From Candidatus Poribacteria bacterium (lineage in GTDB: Bacteria; Poribacteria; WGA-4E; PCPOR2b): a DNA stretch of 64,000 nt. Positions 42,680 through 52,259 of the stretch are shown here, piece by piece. Location: contig OZ242351.1 of NCBI GenBank assembly GCA_965208675.1, positions 512,001-576,000 on the forward strand, written 5' to 3'. Each line of letters begins with the position of its first letter. The stretch's first letter is position 1. Both the position numbers and the translations under genes were made by a program. The notes below the pieces were generated by a model. It made no database searches and was not told the DNA's origin. It worked only from the letters and a program-made list of their open reading frames with translations.

Positions 42680-42710
42680 GTAGGGTTGAGGTCTCAGAAA
42701 TCCGACCTAC
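42680..42710 (+). repeat. GTAG...CTAC REP-like imperfect palindrome
   Basis: GTAGGGTTGAGGTCTCAGAAATCCGACCTAC, intergenic. Confidence 0.45.
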
Positions 42711-42754
42711 ATTGATGGAGCGTGGAATAACACTATCCTTACTCAATTTTATTT

Positions 42755-42807
42755 TGTCATAATGGCATACACACAGAGCGAAGCGTTAGCGGGTTGTCAA
42801 CTTGGCA
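42755..42807 (+). promoter_or_regulatory. Two candidate upstream activator sites (TGTCA-N3-TGGCA)
   Basis: TGTCATAATGGCA (42755-42767) and TGTCAACTTGGCA (42795-42807), 40 bp apart, about 135-190 bp upstream of a sigma54 site. Confidence 0.6.
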
Positions 42808-42940
42808 ACCCAAAGGTCGCAGCGGTATCGGCGAAGGTGGAATACCGGCATTTTCAATCCAACGGAATACGAGCCGTCGGAGCGGGTGCCTGCTCGCATT
42901 TGAATAGAATTTCCTCTAATTTTTGATGGATTTTAAGTTT

Positions 42941-42956
42941 TGGCATGCAACTTGCT
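42941..42956 (+). promoter_or_regulatory. Sigma54 (-24/-12) promoter of hsp20
   Basis: TGGCATGCAACTTGCT matches GG-N10-GC, near the TGGCACG-N4-TTGCW consensus. Confidence 0.85.
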
Positions 42957-43030
42957 AAATCTTAGGTCGTCTGATGAAAATGGCATCAGCAACCTAAAAA
43001 CGCTAAACCACAAATTAGGAAGAAAATAAA

Positions 43031-43474
43031 ATGACTAACTTTTCGCGCAGAAACATTTCAAGCATGTACAATAGGATGGACAGAATCTTTGACGACTTCT
43101 TTGGTGGACGGCCCGCATTCCTTCGGTCGGAATCTGGCGATTGGGATTGGAGTCCGCCGGTGGATATCACTGAATCAGATGATTCCCTAGAAATCCGGGC
43201 TGAGGTTCCAGGTCTAACAAAGAACGATGTAAGCGTTGAAGTAAATGAAAACGTCCTGACCGTTAGAGGTGAGAGAAAGCAGGAAAACGGGGACAAGAAT
43301 GAGGCTGTGCATCGTATTGAACGTGCCTATGGCCGATTCCAACGAACTTTCACGTTATCAAAAAGCGTTCGTTCTAAGGACGCGAAGGCATCGTTCAAGG
43401 ACGGAGTGTTGACGCTTTCCATTCCTAAGATTGAACAGCCCAAACCGACAGCGATTCCAATCAGTGTTGAATAA
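43031..43474 (+). CDS. Hsp20/alpha-crystallin small heat-shock protein
   Basis: PPVDITE, AEVPG, LTVRGER, ERAYGRFQRTF, FKDGVLTLSIPK. Confidence 0.95.
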   Translation: MTNFSRRNISSMYNRMDRIFDDFFGGRPAFLRSESGDWDWSPPVDITESDDSLEIRAEVPGLTKNDVSVEVNENVLTVRGERKQENGDKNEAVHRIERAYGRFQRTFTLSKSVRSKDAKASFKDGVLTLSIPKIEQPKPTAIPISVE

Positions 43475-43496
43475 TTACACTGGGTTGGGTTATCAT

Positions 43497-43533
43497 AAAG
43501 GCGTCCCGAACGGAAATACGGGGCGCCTTTTTT
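43497..43533 (+). terminator. Rho-independent terminator of hsp20
   Basis: AAAGGCGTCCCG...CGGGGCGCCTTTTTT. Confidence 0.8.
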
Positions 43534-43658
43534 CAATTTTAATATTGGTACCTAATGTATAATGAAAATTGAAACTTTCCCTAACGCGTTGGTGTGACTG
43601 GAACAGACAAAACAAAATAAAAAAATACTCACCGAAAATTGGTTAGGAGGACAATAAA

Positions 43659-45197
43659 ATGCTTCGAATCTTTTCAACCAAATTGGGAATTGCACTGATT
43701 TTTTGCGTGATTGTTGCAGTAGCAATCTCAACCAAAGTAGATTTCTTCGCAACTAATACGGCAGTCGGTCAGGCTACAGATGACGATTTCGCCTATTTAG
43801 AACGGGCAAACCGTGCTTTTATTGAAGTGATAAACGCTGCGAAACCCTCAGTCGTGCAGATTACGACAACAAAACAGGTGTCGGGCAGGGGCCCGCAACG
43901 TCAATTCGATTTTTTTGATGATGAATTATTCCGATATTGGTTCGGTGAACCCCGTAATCGCCGAAATCCGAATGAACCCCAAGAGGAACGAGAGGTGGAG
44001 GGACTCGGATCAGGGGTAATAGTCACTAAAGACGGATACATCTTGACCAACAATCACGTAATTGATCGCGCGGAGGACATTAAAGTTACCCTTTCGGATG
44101 GGCTAGAATTTGAGGCTGAAGTGGTCGGAAAAGATCCGGGTAAGGACGGAACAGATGTCGCGGTACTGAAGATAGACGGCAGTAATTTGCCCGCCTTGGA
44201 GTTTGGCGACTCGGACGACCTCCAGGTAGGAGAATGGGTTGTTGCGATTGGGTCCCCATTTTCATTAGCACAGACGGTGACACGAGGCGTGGTCAGCGCG
44301 AAAGGTCGTTCAGAGAATGAAATCAAAGTGGTGAGCTATGGAGACTTCATTCAGACCGATGCACCAATTAATCGGGGAAATAGTGGTGGCGCTCTTATAA
44401 ATATACGCGGTCAGTTAGTGGGGATTAATACAGCCATAGTAACGAGCGGAGGTTTTTCTCTGGGTAATGTCGGTGTAGGTTTAGCGATTCCAATCAACCT
44501 CGCGGACCGAATCATGAGGTCGTTAATTGAGAAGGGCGAAGTTGAACGAGGATGGCTGGGAGTTAGCTTACAGGAGATTAATCAGGGTAACGCAGCACAA
44601 TTTGCACTTGCTGAACCCCGCGGTGTTCTAGTTAATAAGGTTGGTAGAAGTTCGCCTGCGGACGAGGCAGGAATGCAGAAAGGTGATGTGATTGTTGAAT
44701 TCAACAACGTTACAATTCGCGATCCAAAACACCTTCGCGATACCGTTGCCATAACAGATGTCGGTAAAACCGTTGACGTGAAAATTATACGACGGGGTAA
44801 AGAGAAATCCTTGAAGGTACGACTTGGCAAACGGACTGGTGAAGCCCTCGCATCTATGGGTGGTTCGTCACCCTATAATCCCGGCGGACAAGACGCAGAA
44901 GCCTTTGCAGGGTTAAGGGTTAGCGAACTCACTGATCGGCTCGCCGCGGAATACCGTCATCAGGGTGAAAAAGGGGTGATTGTCCTAAACGTTGAAAGAA
45001 GGAGTCCTGCTGCGCGAGCAGGTATCCGCAGGGGAGATCTTATTCAAGAAATCCATTGGGAAAAGGTAACTACTATCGCGGATTATCGTGAACGGATTAA
45101 GGCACTATCAGATGAATCCGAGGTCGTATTTTATGTTAGACACAGAAACGGATTACCGGAATATGTCGTACTGAAGAACATCGAATCGCAGAAATGA
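43659..45197 (+). CDS. degP: DegP/HtrA serine protease with two PDZ domains
   Basis: GLGSGVI, LTNNHVI, DVAVLKI, QTDAPINRGNSGGAL, two PDZ domains. AGGAGG RBS. Confidence 0.93.
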   Translation: MLRIFSTKLGIALIFCVIVAVAISTKVDFFATNTAVGQATDDDFAYLERANRAFIEVINAAKPSVVQITTTKQVSGRGPQRQFDFFDDELFRYWFGEPRNRRNPNEPQEEREVEGLGSGVIVTKDGYILTNNHVIDRAEDIKVTLSDGLEFEAEVVGKDPGKDGTDVAVLKIDGSNLPALEFGDSDDLQVGEWVVAIGSPFSLAQTVTRGVVSAKGRSENEIKVVSYGDFIQTDAPINRGNSGGALINIRGQLVGINTAIVTSGGFSLGNVGVGLAIPINLADRIMRSLIEKGEVERGWLGVSLQEINQGNAAQFALAEPRGVLVNKVGRSSPADEAGMQKGDVIVEFNNVTIRDPKHLRDTVAITDVGKTVDVKIIRRGKEKSLKVRLGKRTGEALASMGGSSPYNPGGQDAEAFAGLRVSELTDRLAAEYRHQGEKGVIVLNVERRSPAARAGIRRGDLIQEIHWEKVTTIADYRERIKALSDESEVVFYVRHRNGLPEYVVLKNIESQK

Positions 45198-45446
45198 CCG
45201 TATATGATTCGCCCGAGGATAACATTTCAGCCGGACGTCTCTAACCAGGTCGTGCTGCCACCATTAAACGTATAATAGACATCTTTCCAAAATAATTCCA
45301 CCGCCCGATAGCCCCAGACGGGATCTTCAATCGTCAAATCGAAGATAGTTTTTTCAGACAAATAGAAATCACTGTTACACATCAACATCTAGCCCCAGCG
45401 GGACGGCAGGTGTAAAGCGGCTGCCCTCACATTGGGCTAATACGCT

Positions 45447-45471
45447 GTAGGGGCAACCCTTGTGGTTGCCC
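45447..45471 (+). repeat. GTAG-REP palindrome
   Basis: GTAG-GGGCAACC-CTTGT-GGTTGCCC, a perfect 8-bp stem between convergent genes. Confidence 0.7.
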
Positions 45472-45525
45472 TTAACGCTTCGGTTTTGTCAACTACATTG
45501 AGTTAATTAGGAAAGATGTATAATG

Positions 45526-45572
45526 AAAAGACCGTTAAGCGAGAATTAAGATGTCTACATTCCGCTTAACGG
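45526..45572 (-). terminator. Probable terminator of the large metallopeptidase gene
   Basis: CCGTTAAGCG...CGCTTAACGG inverted repeat right after the stop, followed by TCTTTT on the minus strand. Confidence 0.55.
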
Positions 45573-45574
45573 CC

Positions 45575-48500
45575 TCACTTTAAGAGCACCATATTCCCAG
45601 TGAATTCTTGGCTTTCACCGTTTGACTCGGTGATGCGCAAGAAATAGACATAGAGTCCACTCGCAACTATAACTCCCGCTTCGTTGCGTCCCGTCCAATG
45701 CCCCGCGCTATCACGTCGATGGTAACGCCCCGCAGGCTTAATTCCGAGGTTTTGGCGCCACACCAATAACCCCGACGCCGAATAGATTTCGATCTGTACA
45801 TCTGAAGGTACTGCAAGTTCATAGGGTATCCACACTTCCGGATTAAATGGGTTTGGATAAACCGGCAGTATGCCCGTTTTCTTAACTATGGGCAACTCAA
45901 AATTCGGACGGGACCGCTGTTTCGCCGATTCCACCCAGTACATTAACGCTTCTATCGCTTTCCGAGCATTGGGTGCGAGCCGCGGTTCGCGGCGTAACGC
46001 CGCTAACGCTTTTTCCAATTGGTCAAAATCTATCGCGGTGTACGAAGAATGGTTTGCGCTGGATGTCGCGGGCGGGTTTGTGTCAAAATTACTGCCATTT
46101 GTATTGTGCATCACGCGCATCAATTCTGGGGCTGTACTGGCGCCCTCTTCAAAATGTATCGCCACAAGCACCAAGTCGTCAACGTCAACAACCGCATCCC
46201 CATTGACATCCACGAAAGGAACGGTAATCTGGTCGCTGGCTTTCCCGAAGTGCCTGGCAACCAAAACTAAATCGAATATGTCTATAGTGGCATCTCGGTT
46301 AACATCCCAAGCGGAAGTGTTATTCAACATAACGCCAGGCGTGATACTACTCCAGTCTCGGCTTGCCAAATTGGCCTGGTTCTCTGCCTTGATTCTCGCG
46401 TAGTATGTTGTGTCAAATTCTCCCGTAAAGGTGCGCCGAGTTTTCCCGCTATCTACCGTCTCATCGAAAAGCATACCGGATTGAAAATCTCTAGAATCTA
46501 CATCGATCTGTAGGTGGTAAGCGCTAATACCGCTTGTGTCGTCAACGGCGTCCCATTCAAGTGTGATTTCGCGCGCGTTTGCCGTCTCATTCAACAACCA
46601 GTTGAGATTTGACACTACCGGCGGCGGCGTGCTATCGATTTTGAACCCATAATGACTTGCGTCGGTCCAATAACCTAACGCATCGCGGGCGCGAACATGC
46701 ACCCACCAAACACCGTCGCTCAACCCCGTGAATACTAACGCATTACTTCTGACAAGCGCCTCCGGATGTGTGTCGGGAACCGTTGCAGGTTCCCGATTTA
46801 AGATGAAGCTGTATTGTTGCCTAGCGTCCATCGTCGGTGAGGTCAGCAACTCCATTTGTGGCGAGTTGCTTGCATACCAACGATTGAAGTCTGGATGGGT
46901 GTTTGAGGTAACGATAGGGGGCAAAAGTGGCGTATGGTCAACGACAACGACTCCGTCGCTGTATACGTCGGTTGGCGGATTCTGCGAATCCGAAACAATT
47001 GCACGAAGGTAGTAACTGCCCTCCACAAGAGATTCGGTTTGCCAAGTGAACACTGATCGGTCTTGTGTCAAACCGGATTGAATCAATGTCGAACCGCCCT
47101 GTACGTTGTTACGGTCATAGAACAGCGCGACTGTGAAATTGTCGTCGTCGGAGTCAGATGCTTCCCAAGTAATTTGAAAGGAATCATCTGAGACAGCGCC
47201 TTCAACATTTGGAGCCGTGAATTGAAAGGACGGGGCGGTGTTAGGACGTAAAACCGCGTGGTGGGCGATGTATATTTCCTCAAGCGCCGCCAGCATGGGG
47301 AATTCACGTTTACGCCAAGCAACGGCAATGTCTGTAACGCTCTGGGGTAAGTCGTTGACTAGAATCTCCCAGAGCAAATCGGTTGCGTCGGAGACTCCGT
47401 CGTCATCAACCGCTGGTTGGTGGTCGATAGAATCAGCTGTATCAAAGATATCCCATAAAATGCTTGCTACTGTTCCCTCGACATTTTCCCCTTTAGTGTT
47501 CGATCCCATTCCTTCAACGTGCCCAGTCCACCACTGATTGGATTCGATATTCGGCACGATTTGATTGACGTAACCCTTAACGTTCAACGCGCGGTTATCA
47601 ACAGCTGCTTCCATAAATGCCGCCCAGCCTTCGTTGAAAGCGAAACCAGCATCCGATACTGTTTCAAGTCGGTGAGAGCCATGATACCTGCCTTTCGGCA
47701 CAGAGTTGTAATTGTAACCGTAAGCCGCGGTCATAACCGCGTGTCCATATTCATGGAACATTACTACACGCGTCCACTGATCGCCGTGGGCGATATTGAT
47801 TGTTTCGCTTGATACATGGCCTTCAATTGCTTCAGGAGCGTAGTAGGAGACGTTCTCAGTGCTAGGCCAAATGACGCGCACGGGACGGTCACGTTCCCAA
47901 CCTAGGCGGTTGAGCAAAAAGCCGTGTGCAAGTTGTACGGTGTTAAAAATATAACCAACGGCGCGGTTTGAATTTTGGGAACTCAAGGATAAATGAATTG
48001 TCGTGACGCCATCGGAGACATTACGAACAGTTTCTGAAGCAAACTCATATGCCTCCCCACTAGGACTTCCAATAGACAATACGCGGTTGTCAAATCGCAC
48101 CACGACATAAAGATTACGGGAGGAACTTCTGTTGAAATCCGAGTGCGAAACATTTTCAAATATGAATTCTCCACGGTCGTCAGCGACTGTTTCGTCAATT
48201 TTGATATCGCCGCCATCGGGCAAATCGTGGTAGAGCGCAACTTGGGGGCGGCGTACTGGAAGTTCCGTCCCCTCATTGTCGTTGAAATATACCACCGTAC
48301 CGCGAACCGCCATGTCACTCGCCCAGTTCGGGAAAGCTCGCGCCTGCACATGGGTTTCTAAATTTAGGTCGTCGACTGTTTGGTTAAATGGAACATCGCT
48401 AATTTGAGCGTACCCTGATGCCGCCCAAAGGTATACGTAGAAATGCTCAATTATGGTTTGACCATTTGAAAGCGCCGCGTAGATTGACGCTTGTAGGGGA

Positions 48501-48889
48501 TACACCCCCGGTTGCCCGACATTGATTAATACGCTAAAATTCTGATCCGGGGCATATTGAGAAAAGTAGACTCGATCAAAATGAACGGGCGAACTGGATG
48601 AAATCCCTTCAGGGAGGCGAAACTGAATGCGGGCGTAGCTAGTCACATGCAAGTTGGATCGAATTGTAAAAATGAGCGTGGCATCTTTACCAACTCGCGG
48701 TGCTCGCGTAAGCCGGAGTTTACCATTAAACGCCTGTGGACGGTGAGGTTGATGGGCGAATGCGGAGGAGAGTGTTTCAGCACAGAATATGGAAATTGAA
48801 AGCCATAAAACCAAAAATACGAGCCGCTCAAAACTAACAACGCGAGTTGCCAAGTGTAGCATGTAAAACGAATACCTGCTTGCATTCAT
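45575..48889 (-). CDS. Exported HEXXH zinc metallopeptidase with FN3/Ig-like domains, dockerin-like module and FlgD-Ig/T9SS-like CTD
   Basis: VMFHEYGHAVM plus FNEGWA (gluzincin-type), WDVNRDATIDIFDLVLVARHFG duplicated Ca loop, YPNPFNPEVWIPY tail. Start uncertain (48889 or 48862); the ORF-track start overlaps the upstream gene. Confidence 0.85.
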   Translation of the reverse strand: MNASRYSFYMLHLATRVVSFERLVFLVLWLSISIFCAETLSSAFAHQPHRPQAFNGKLRLTRAPRVGKDATLIFTIRSNLHVTSYARIQFRLPEGISSSSPVHFDRVYFSQYAPDQNFSVLINVGQPGVYPLQASIYAALSNGQTIIEHFYVYLWAASGYAQISDVPFNQTVDDLNLETHVQARAFPNWASDMAVRGTVVYFNDNEGTELPVRRPQVALYHDLPDGGDIKIDETVADDRGEFIFENVSHSDFNRSSSRNLYVVVRFDNRVLSIGSPSGEAYEFASETVRNVSDGVTTIHLSLSSQNSNRAVGYIFNTVQLAHGFLLNRLGWERDRPVRVIWPSTENVSYYAPEAIEGHVSSETINIAHGDQWTRVVMFHEYGHAVMTAAYGYNYNSVPKGRYHGSHRLETVSDAGFAFNEGWAAFMEAAVDNRALNVKGYVNQIVPNIESNQWWTGHVEGMGSNTKGENVEGTVASILWDIFDTADSIDHQPAVDDDGVSDATDLLWEILVNDLPQSVTDIAVAWRKREFPMLAALEEIYIAHHAVLRPNTAPSFQFTAPNVEGAVSDDSFQITWEASDSDDDNFTVALFYDRNNVQGGSTLIQSGLTQDRSVFTWQTESLVEGSYYLRAIVSDSQNPPTDVYSDGVVVVDHTPLLPPIVTSNTHPDFNRWYASNSPQMELLTSPTMDARQQYSFILNREPATVPDTHPEALVRSNALVFTGLSDGVWWVHVRARDALGYWTDASHYGFKIDSTPPPVVSNLNWLLNETANAREITLEWDAVDDTSGISAYHLQIDVDSRDFQSGMLFDETVDSGKTRRTFTGEFDTTYYARIKAENQANLASRDWSSITPGVMLNNTSAWDVNRDATIDIFDLVLVARHFGKASDQITVPFVDVNGDAVVDVDDLVLVAIHFEEGASTAPELMRVMHNTNGSNFDTNPPATSSANHSSYTAIDFDQLEKALAALRREPRLAPNARKAIEALMYWVESAKQRSRPNFELPIVKKTGILPVYPNPFNPEVWIPYELAVPSDVQIEIYSASGLLVWRQNLGIKPAGRYHRRDSAGHWTGRNEAGVIVASGLYVYFLRITESNGESQEFTGNMVLLK

Positions 48890-49002
48890 AGAACATGTGC
48901 TGGTGAAAGTCGTTTTCCCGTCTTCGTCAATCCGATGGTCCGAAACTATCCATGTGCGAAAACAAAATGAAGGTCGCAGTTTTCCTGTTTTCGCGGCTCG
49001 CA

Positions 49003-49653
49003 TTATTGATTTGCGAACCACATACCTAACATCATTCCTATAGCCATTAAGACGATTATTGTCCCGATAACACCCAGCACAAGCTTCCATGTCATCATTG
49101 CCGATTTTCCTTCTTCCTTTGATTCGCCCCTAGAATTTGGCTCGGCCTTTTCAACTTTTCGCGGCCGATTTTGAGGGCAAGCTCGAATTGAGGCTTGTTC
49201 TTCCCGCATTTCCCTCCGTTGCATTCGAATCTTTTCCACCAATCGCACCGTTTCAGACGCTGGTTCATTGGCTGCACGTGAATTCTGTTCAACCGTATTT
49301 GATTCACGTGAGCCCGCGCCATCGGTATCTGACTTTTGTGAAATGGATTGACTTGAAGATTTATAGGGAAGAATTGCATCATCGGCAAATTCCGAGTCCG
49401 CGCTTAAATGGGCATTTGAACGTGTGTCGTACTCAGGTTCAGCGGGTATCGTAGATTTCACTGCATGGGCTTTTTGATATTGATGGTCAATAGCATCACG
49501 ATTTGGGTTGTCAGTTTCAACCTCGGACTGCGCTAATTCGTCCGCCGCAGATTTATCCGATGTGCCCGATGGACGTTTACCCGCCCACATCGCGCGCCGT
49601 TGTTGTTTATATTTCTCCTTCAGTGCTTGCTTTTCTTCTTCGCTCAACTGCAT
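49003..49653 (-). CDS. Hypothetical protein, mostly disordered, with C-terminal transmembrane anchor
   Basis: AGGAG RBS, charged N-terminal helix, low-complexity middle, hydrophobic tail LVLGVIGTIIVLMAIGMMLGMWF. Confidence 0.7.
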   Translation of the reverse strand: MQLSEEEKQALKEKYKQQRRAMWAGKRPSGTSDKSAADELAQSEVETDNPNRDAIDHQYQKAHAVKSTIPAEPEYDTRSNAHLSADSEFADDAILPYKSSSQSISQKSDTDGAGSRESNTVEQNSRAANEPASETVRLVEKIRMQRREMREEQASIRACPQNRPRKVEKAEPNSRGESKEEGKSAMMTWKLVLGVIGTIIVLMAIGMMLGMWFANQ

Positions 49654-49738
49654 GGGTTTTATCTCCTGACACGTGCATTGACCGGTGAACGAGGATTAAT
49701 GCGCGGAACTTTACCATTTTTTCAATTTTCGATGTTCT

Positions 49739-50119
49739 TTATTCAAATAGTTGTTCGATTCTGACCGTGGTTCCACTCTTGACCTGTTTGAACGCTTTCG
49801 CGTCTCCTGTGAGTTTACCGATTACATTGACTGCACTCGCAGGTCGAATTTCATTCACATGGCTTATTGGTGTTGGGCCAAAAAAGATGCATAACGCGGT
49901 ACCGGGCGGCCAATAGCCGAGATCACCTAGTTCGACAACTTCTTGAGGATTTTCAGCGTCTGCATTTAGTGGGATTGAAAAGTAGATTTCATCACCCCAT
50001 GTACTCGCTTGTGCCTCAATAGGCAGCAAATCCCACAGCATCTGCGCCGTTTTGGAGTCATTTAGTTCAGCTTCCATAGCGACAGGATTAGCAGAAATTT
50101 TAATCTTATTGGCGATCAT
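49739..50119 (-). CDS. Cyclophilin-like fold protein (TM1367/DUF369-like)
   Basis: WGDEIYF, GDLGYWPPG.ALCIFFGPTP, PASAVNVIG. Confidence 0.88.
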   Translation of the reverse strand: MIANKIKISANPVAMEAELNDSKTAQMLWDLLPIEAQASTWGDEIYFSIPLNADAENPQEVVELGDLGYWPPGTALCIFFGPTPISHVNEIRPASAVNVIGKLTGDAKAFKQVKSGTTVRIEQLFE

Positions 50120-50360
50120 GACAATTCTTCATTGAAATTCCGGCGGTTGTGATTTGGCGTTGACCTGAATCCTACTTTCTACGATAATAGTAGCTGGATA
50201 TTCGGTATTCTAACATAACCCACTCTATATCCTCAACACAAAAACGTTGAATCCACTCTCGGTGGTGAATGCACAAATACAAGTTGACGTATACGATTCA
50301 TGGTGAATACACGCCAGTCTTCATCAACGACTAGAATTAGGTCAGAATAGGGAGGTTAAA

Positions 50361-51092
50361 ATGCGGCTAAAGAATCGCGTGGCAATTGTTACGGGCGGCG
50401 GACAGGGGATTGGGCGGGCGATTTGCCTCAAGTTTGCCAAAGAGGGTGCAAATATTACAATCGCTGAACAAAATCTGGAAACTGCTGAAGCTGTTGCAAA
50501 GCAGGCTCGCGTACTTGGCATACGTGCGCTCCCAATCTTCACCGATGTTACCGATAGCGATGCTGTTAGTGCAATGGTTTCCCAAACGCTCCATTCCTTT
50601 CAGCGAATTGATATTCTCGTCAATAACGCCGGGATTTTTAGCCATACGCCAATCGAGGAATGTACGGAAGAAGAATGGGATCGTATAATGGCCGTAAATC
50701 TCAAGGGACCTTTTCTCTGTTCGCAGGCGGTAATCGAGGTTATGAAAACGCAGGGGTACGGCAGGATTATTAATCTGGGTTCTGTTGCGGGTAGAGTGGG
50801 AGGTTTGTTTGCCTCAGCGCCTTACGCTTCGTCTAAAGCTGGAGTGATGTGCTTGACAAAATCCTTTGCGCGCCGGCTGGGCAAATACGGAATCACTATC
50901 AACGCTATTGCTCCAGGCGTGGCTGAAACTGAAATGACGAAGGATCACCCTGAAATGACACGGCAAATTCCGCTGGGGCGTGTCGCTGATCCGATGGAGG
51001 TAGCGAACGCCGCACTGTTTCTTGCGTCAGATGAAGGGTCATACCTGACAGGCGTGATTTTAGACGTAAACGGCGGGTTACTGATGCCATGA
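50361..51092 (+). CDS. Short-chain dehydrogenase/reductase (FabG-like)
   Basis: TGGGQGIG, NNAG, YASSK, VNGG. Confidence 0.92.
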   Translation: MRLKNRVAIVTGGGQGIGRAICLKFAKEGANITIAEQNLETAEAVAKQARVLGIRALPIFTDVTDSDAVSAMVSQTLHSFQRIDILVNNAGIFSHTPIEECTEEEWDRIMAVNLKGPFLCSQAVIEVMKTQGYGRIINLGSVAGRVGGLFASAPYASSKAGVMCLTKSFARRLGKYGITINAIAPGVAETEMTKDHPEMTRQIPLGRVADPMEVANAALFLASDEGSYLTGVILDVNGGLLMP

Positions 51093-51128
51093 CCCAGAAA
51101 AACGGACGAATTGACTCGGCGGTTAACG

Positions 51129-52076
51129 TTAACCGAGAATCTCCAATTCACTCTCTGCCCCATGTTCGCGCAGTTCCGCTTCAAGCAGATTCGATGCATG
51201 GCGAAAGGCTTCGGATTGTGACGATTCCGGATGCGATGCGACAATGGGCACGCCAAGGTCACCGCCAGTACAGATTTCCGGATCGATCGGAATCGCCCCC
51301 AAAAATGGGATTCCCAACTTTTCGCTGATTCTCTTCCCACCGTCAGATCTGAAGATGTCTGTACGTGTGTCACAGTGGTCGCAAATGAAATAGCTCATGT
51401 TTTCAACGACACCCAAGATTGGTACGTTAAGCTTCTCAAACATGGCGACGCCTCGCCGAACGTCGGCAAGTGCAACATCTTGGGGTGTAGTTACAATCAC
51501 TGCACCGGTCAGGGGTATGGCTTGAGTTAAGGAGAGGGCGGCGTCTCCGGTGCCTGGCGGCAAATCGATAATCAGATAATCGAGCGAACCCCAGTTGACA
51601 TCGCTTAAGAACTGGCGAATCGCGCTATGCAGCATAGGGCCACGCCAAATCATCGCTTGTTCTTCAGATACCATAAAACCAATCGACATAAGTTTAATAT
51701 TGTGACTAGCGAGCGGAATTAGTTTCCTATCCTGCCCGACCTCTGGCTGTTTGTTTATCCCCATCATGGTCGGGATGCTTGGTCCATAGGCGTCTGCATC
51801 CATTAACCCAACTTTCGCCGCTCCATGCGCCAAAGCGAGTGCTATATTGGTTGCAATTGTCGATTTCCCAACACCGCCTTTGCCGCTCGCAATGGCTATC
51901 TTATATTGAACATCCTGGAGCATCACGTTTTGTTGAGGTATATTTGCCTGTGGCGCGGATGGTTTGGATGCTGCCGAGTTGCCAACCATCTGGAGATCCG
52001 GATGGTGCTTTCCACCTTGTGGCGAGGTCACCTGTTCCTTTGTCACACCACCTTTGTCTTTCTTGAAAAGGTTCAT
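51129..52076 (-). CDS. mrp: Mrp/ApbC/NBP35 Fe-S cluster carrier ATPase
   Basis: SGKGGVGKST, DADAYGPS, WRGPM, DLPPGTGD, ENMS..CDHC. Start set to ATG 52076 (GAGGGG RBS) because the longer ORF runs through a repeat. Confidence 0.92.
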   Translation of the reverse strand: MNLFKKDKGGVTKEQVTSPQGGKHHPDLQMVGNSAASKPSAPQANIPQQNVMLQDVQYKIAIASGKGGVGKSTIATNIALALAHGAAKVGLMDADAYGPSIPTMMGINKQPEVGQDRKLIPLASHNIKLMSIGFMVSEEQAMIWRGPMLHSAIRQFLSDVNWGSLDYLIIDLPPGTGDAALSLTQAIPLTGAVIVTTPQDVALADVRRGVAMFEKLNVPILGVVENMSYFICDHCDTRTDIFRSDGGKRISEKLGIPFLGAIPIDPEICTGGDLGVPIVASHPESSQSEAFRHASNLLEAELREHGAESELEILG

Positions 52077-52130
52077 CTCTATTCCCCTCGTGCGGCCAAA
52101 TTGCCCCGATACACTGTTTTGGACAAAAGG

Positions 52131-52186
52131 TAGTAGGCGTACGCCATGCGCCATACCACTTTACGGCGCACTGGGCGTGCCTACTA
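52131..52186. repeat. Inverted REP doublet (BIME-like)
   Basis: TAGTAGGC..ACGCC.TGCGCC...GGCGCA..GGGCGT-GCCTACTA long imperfect hairpin with GTAG/CTAC ends. Confidence 0.6.
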
Positions 52187-52202
52187 ATTTGCTTTACACT
52201 CC

Positions 52203-52218
52203 AACTGCGTAAGTCCTA
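52203..52218 (+). repeat. 16-bp dispersed repeat (possible IS/MITE end), copy 2
   Basis: AACTGCGTAAGTCCTA, identical to 2477-2492. Confidence 0.55.
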
Positions 52219-52230
52219 GAATCTTTGATA

Positions 52231-52259
52231 ATTTTACCGAACTCCCCAGTTAAAGTCAA
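52231..52259 (-). promoter_or_regulatory. Sigma70 promoter of mrp
   Basis: TTGACT-17bp-TAAAAT. Confidence 0.65.

Noticed and set aside
52077-52154. N-terminal extension of Mrp given by the ORF track
   Set aside because: It runs through the REP doublet, and a better RBS precedes ATG 52076.
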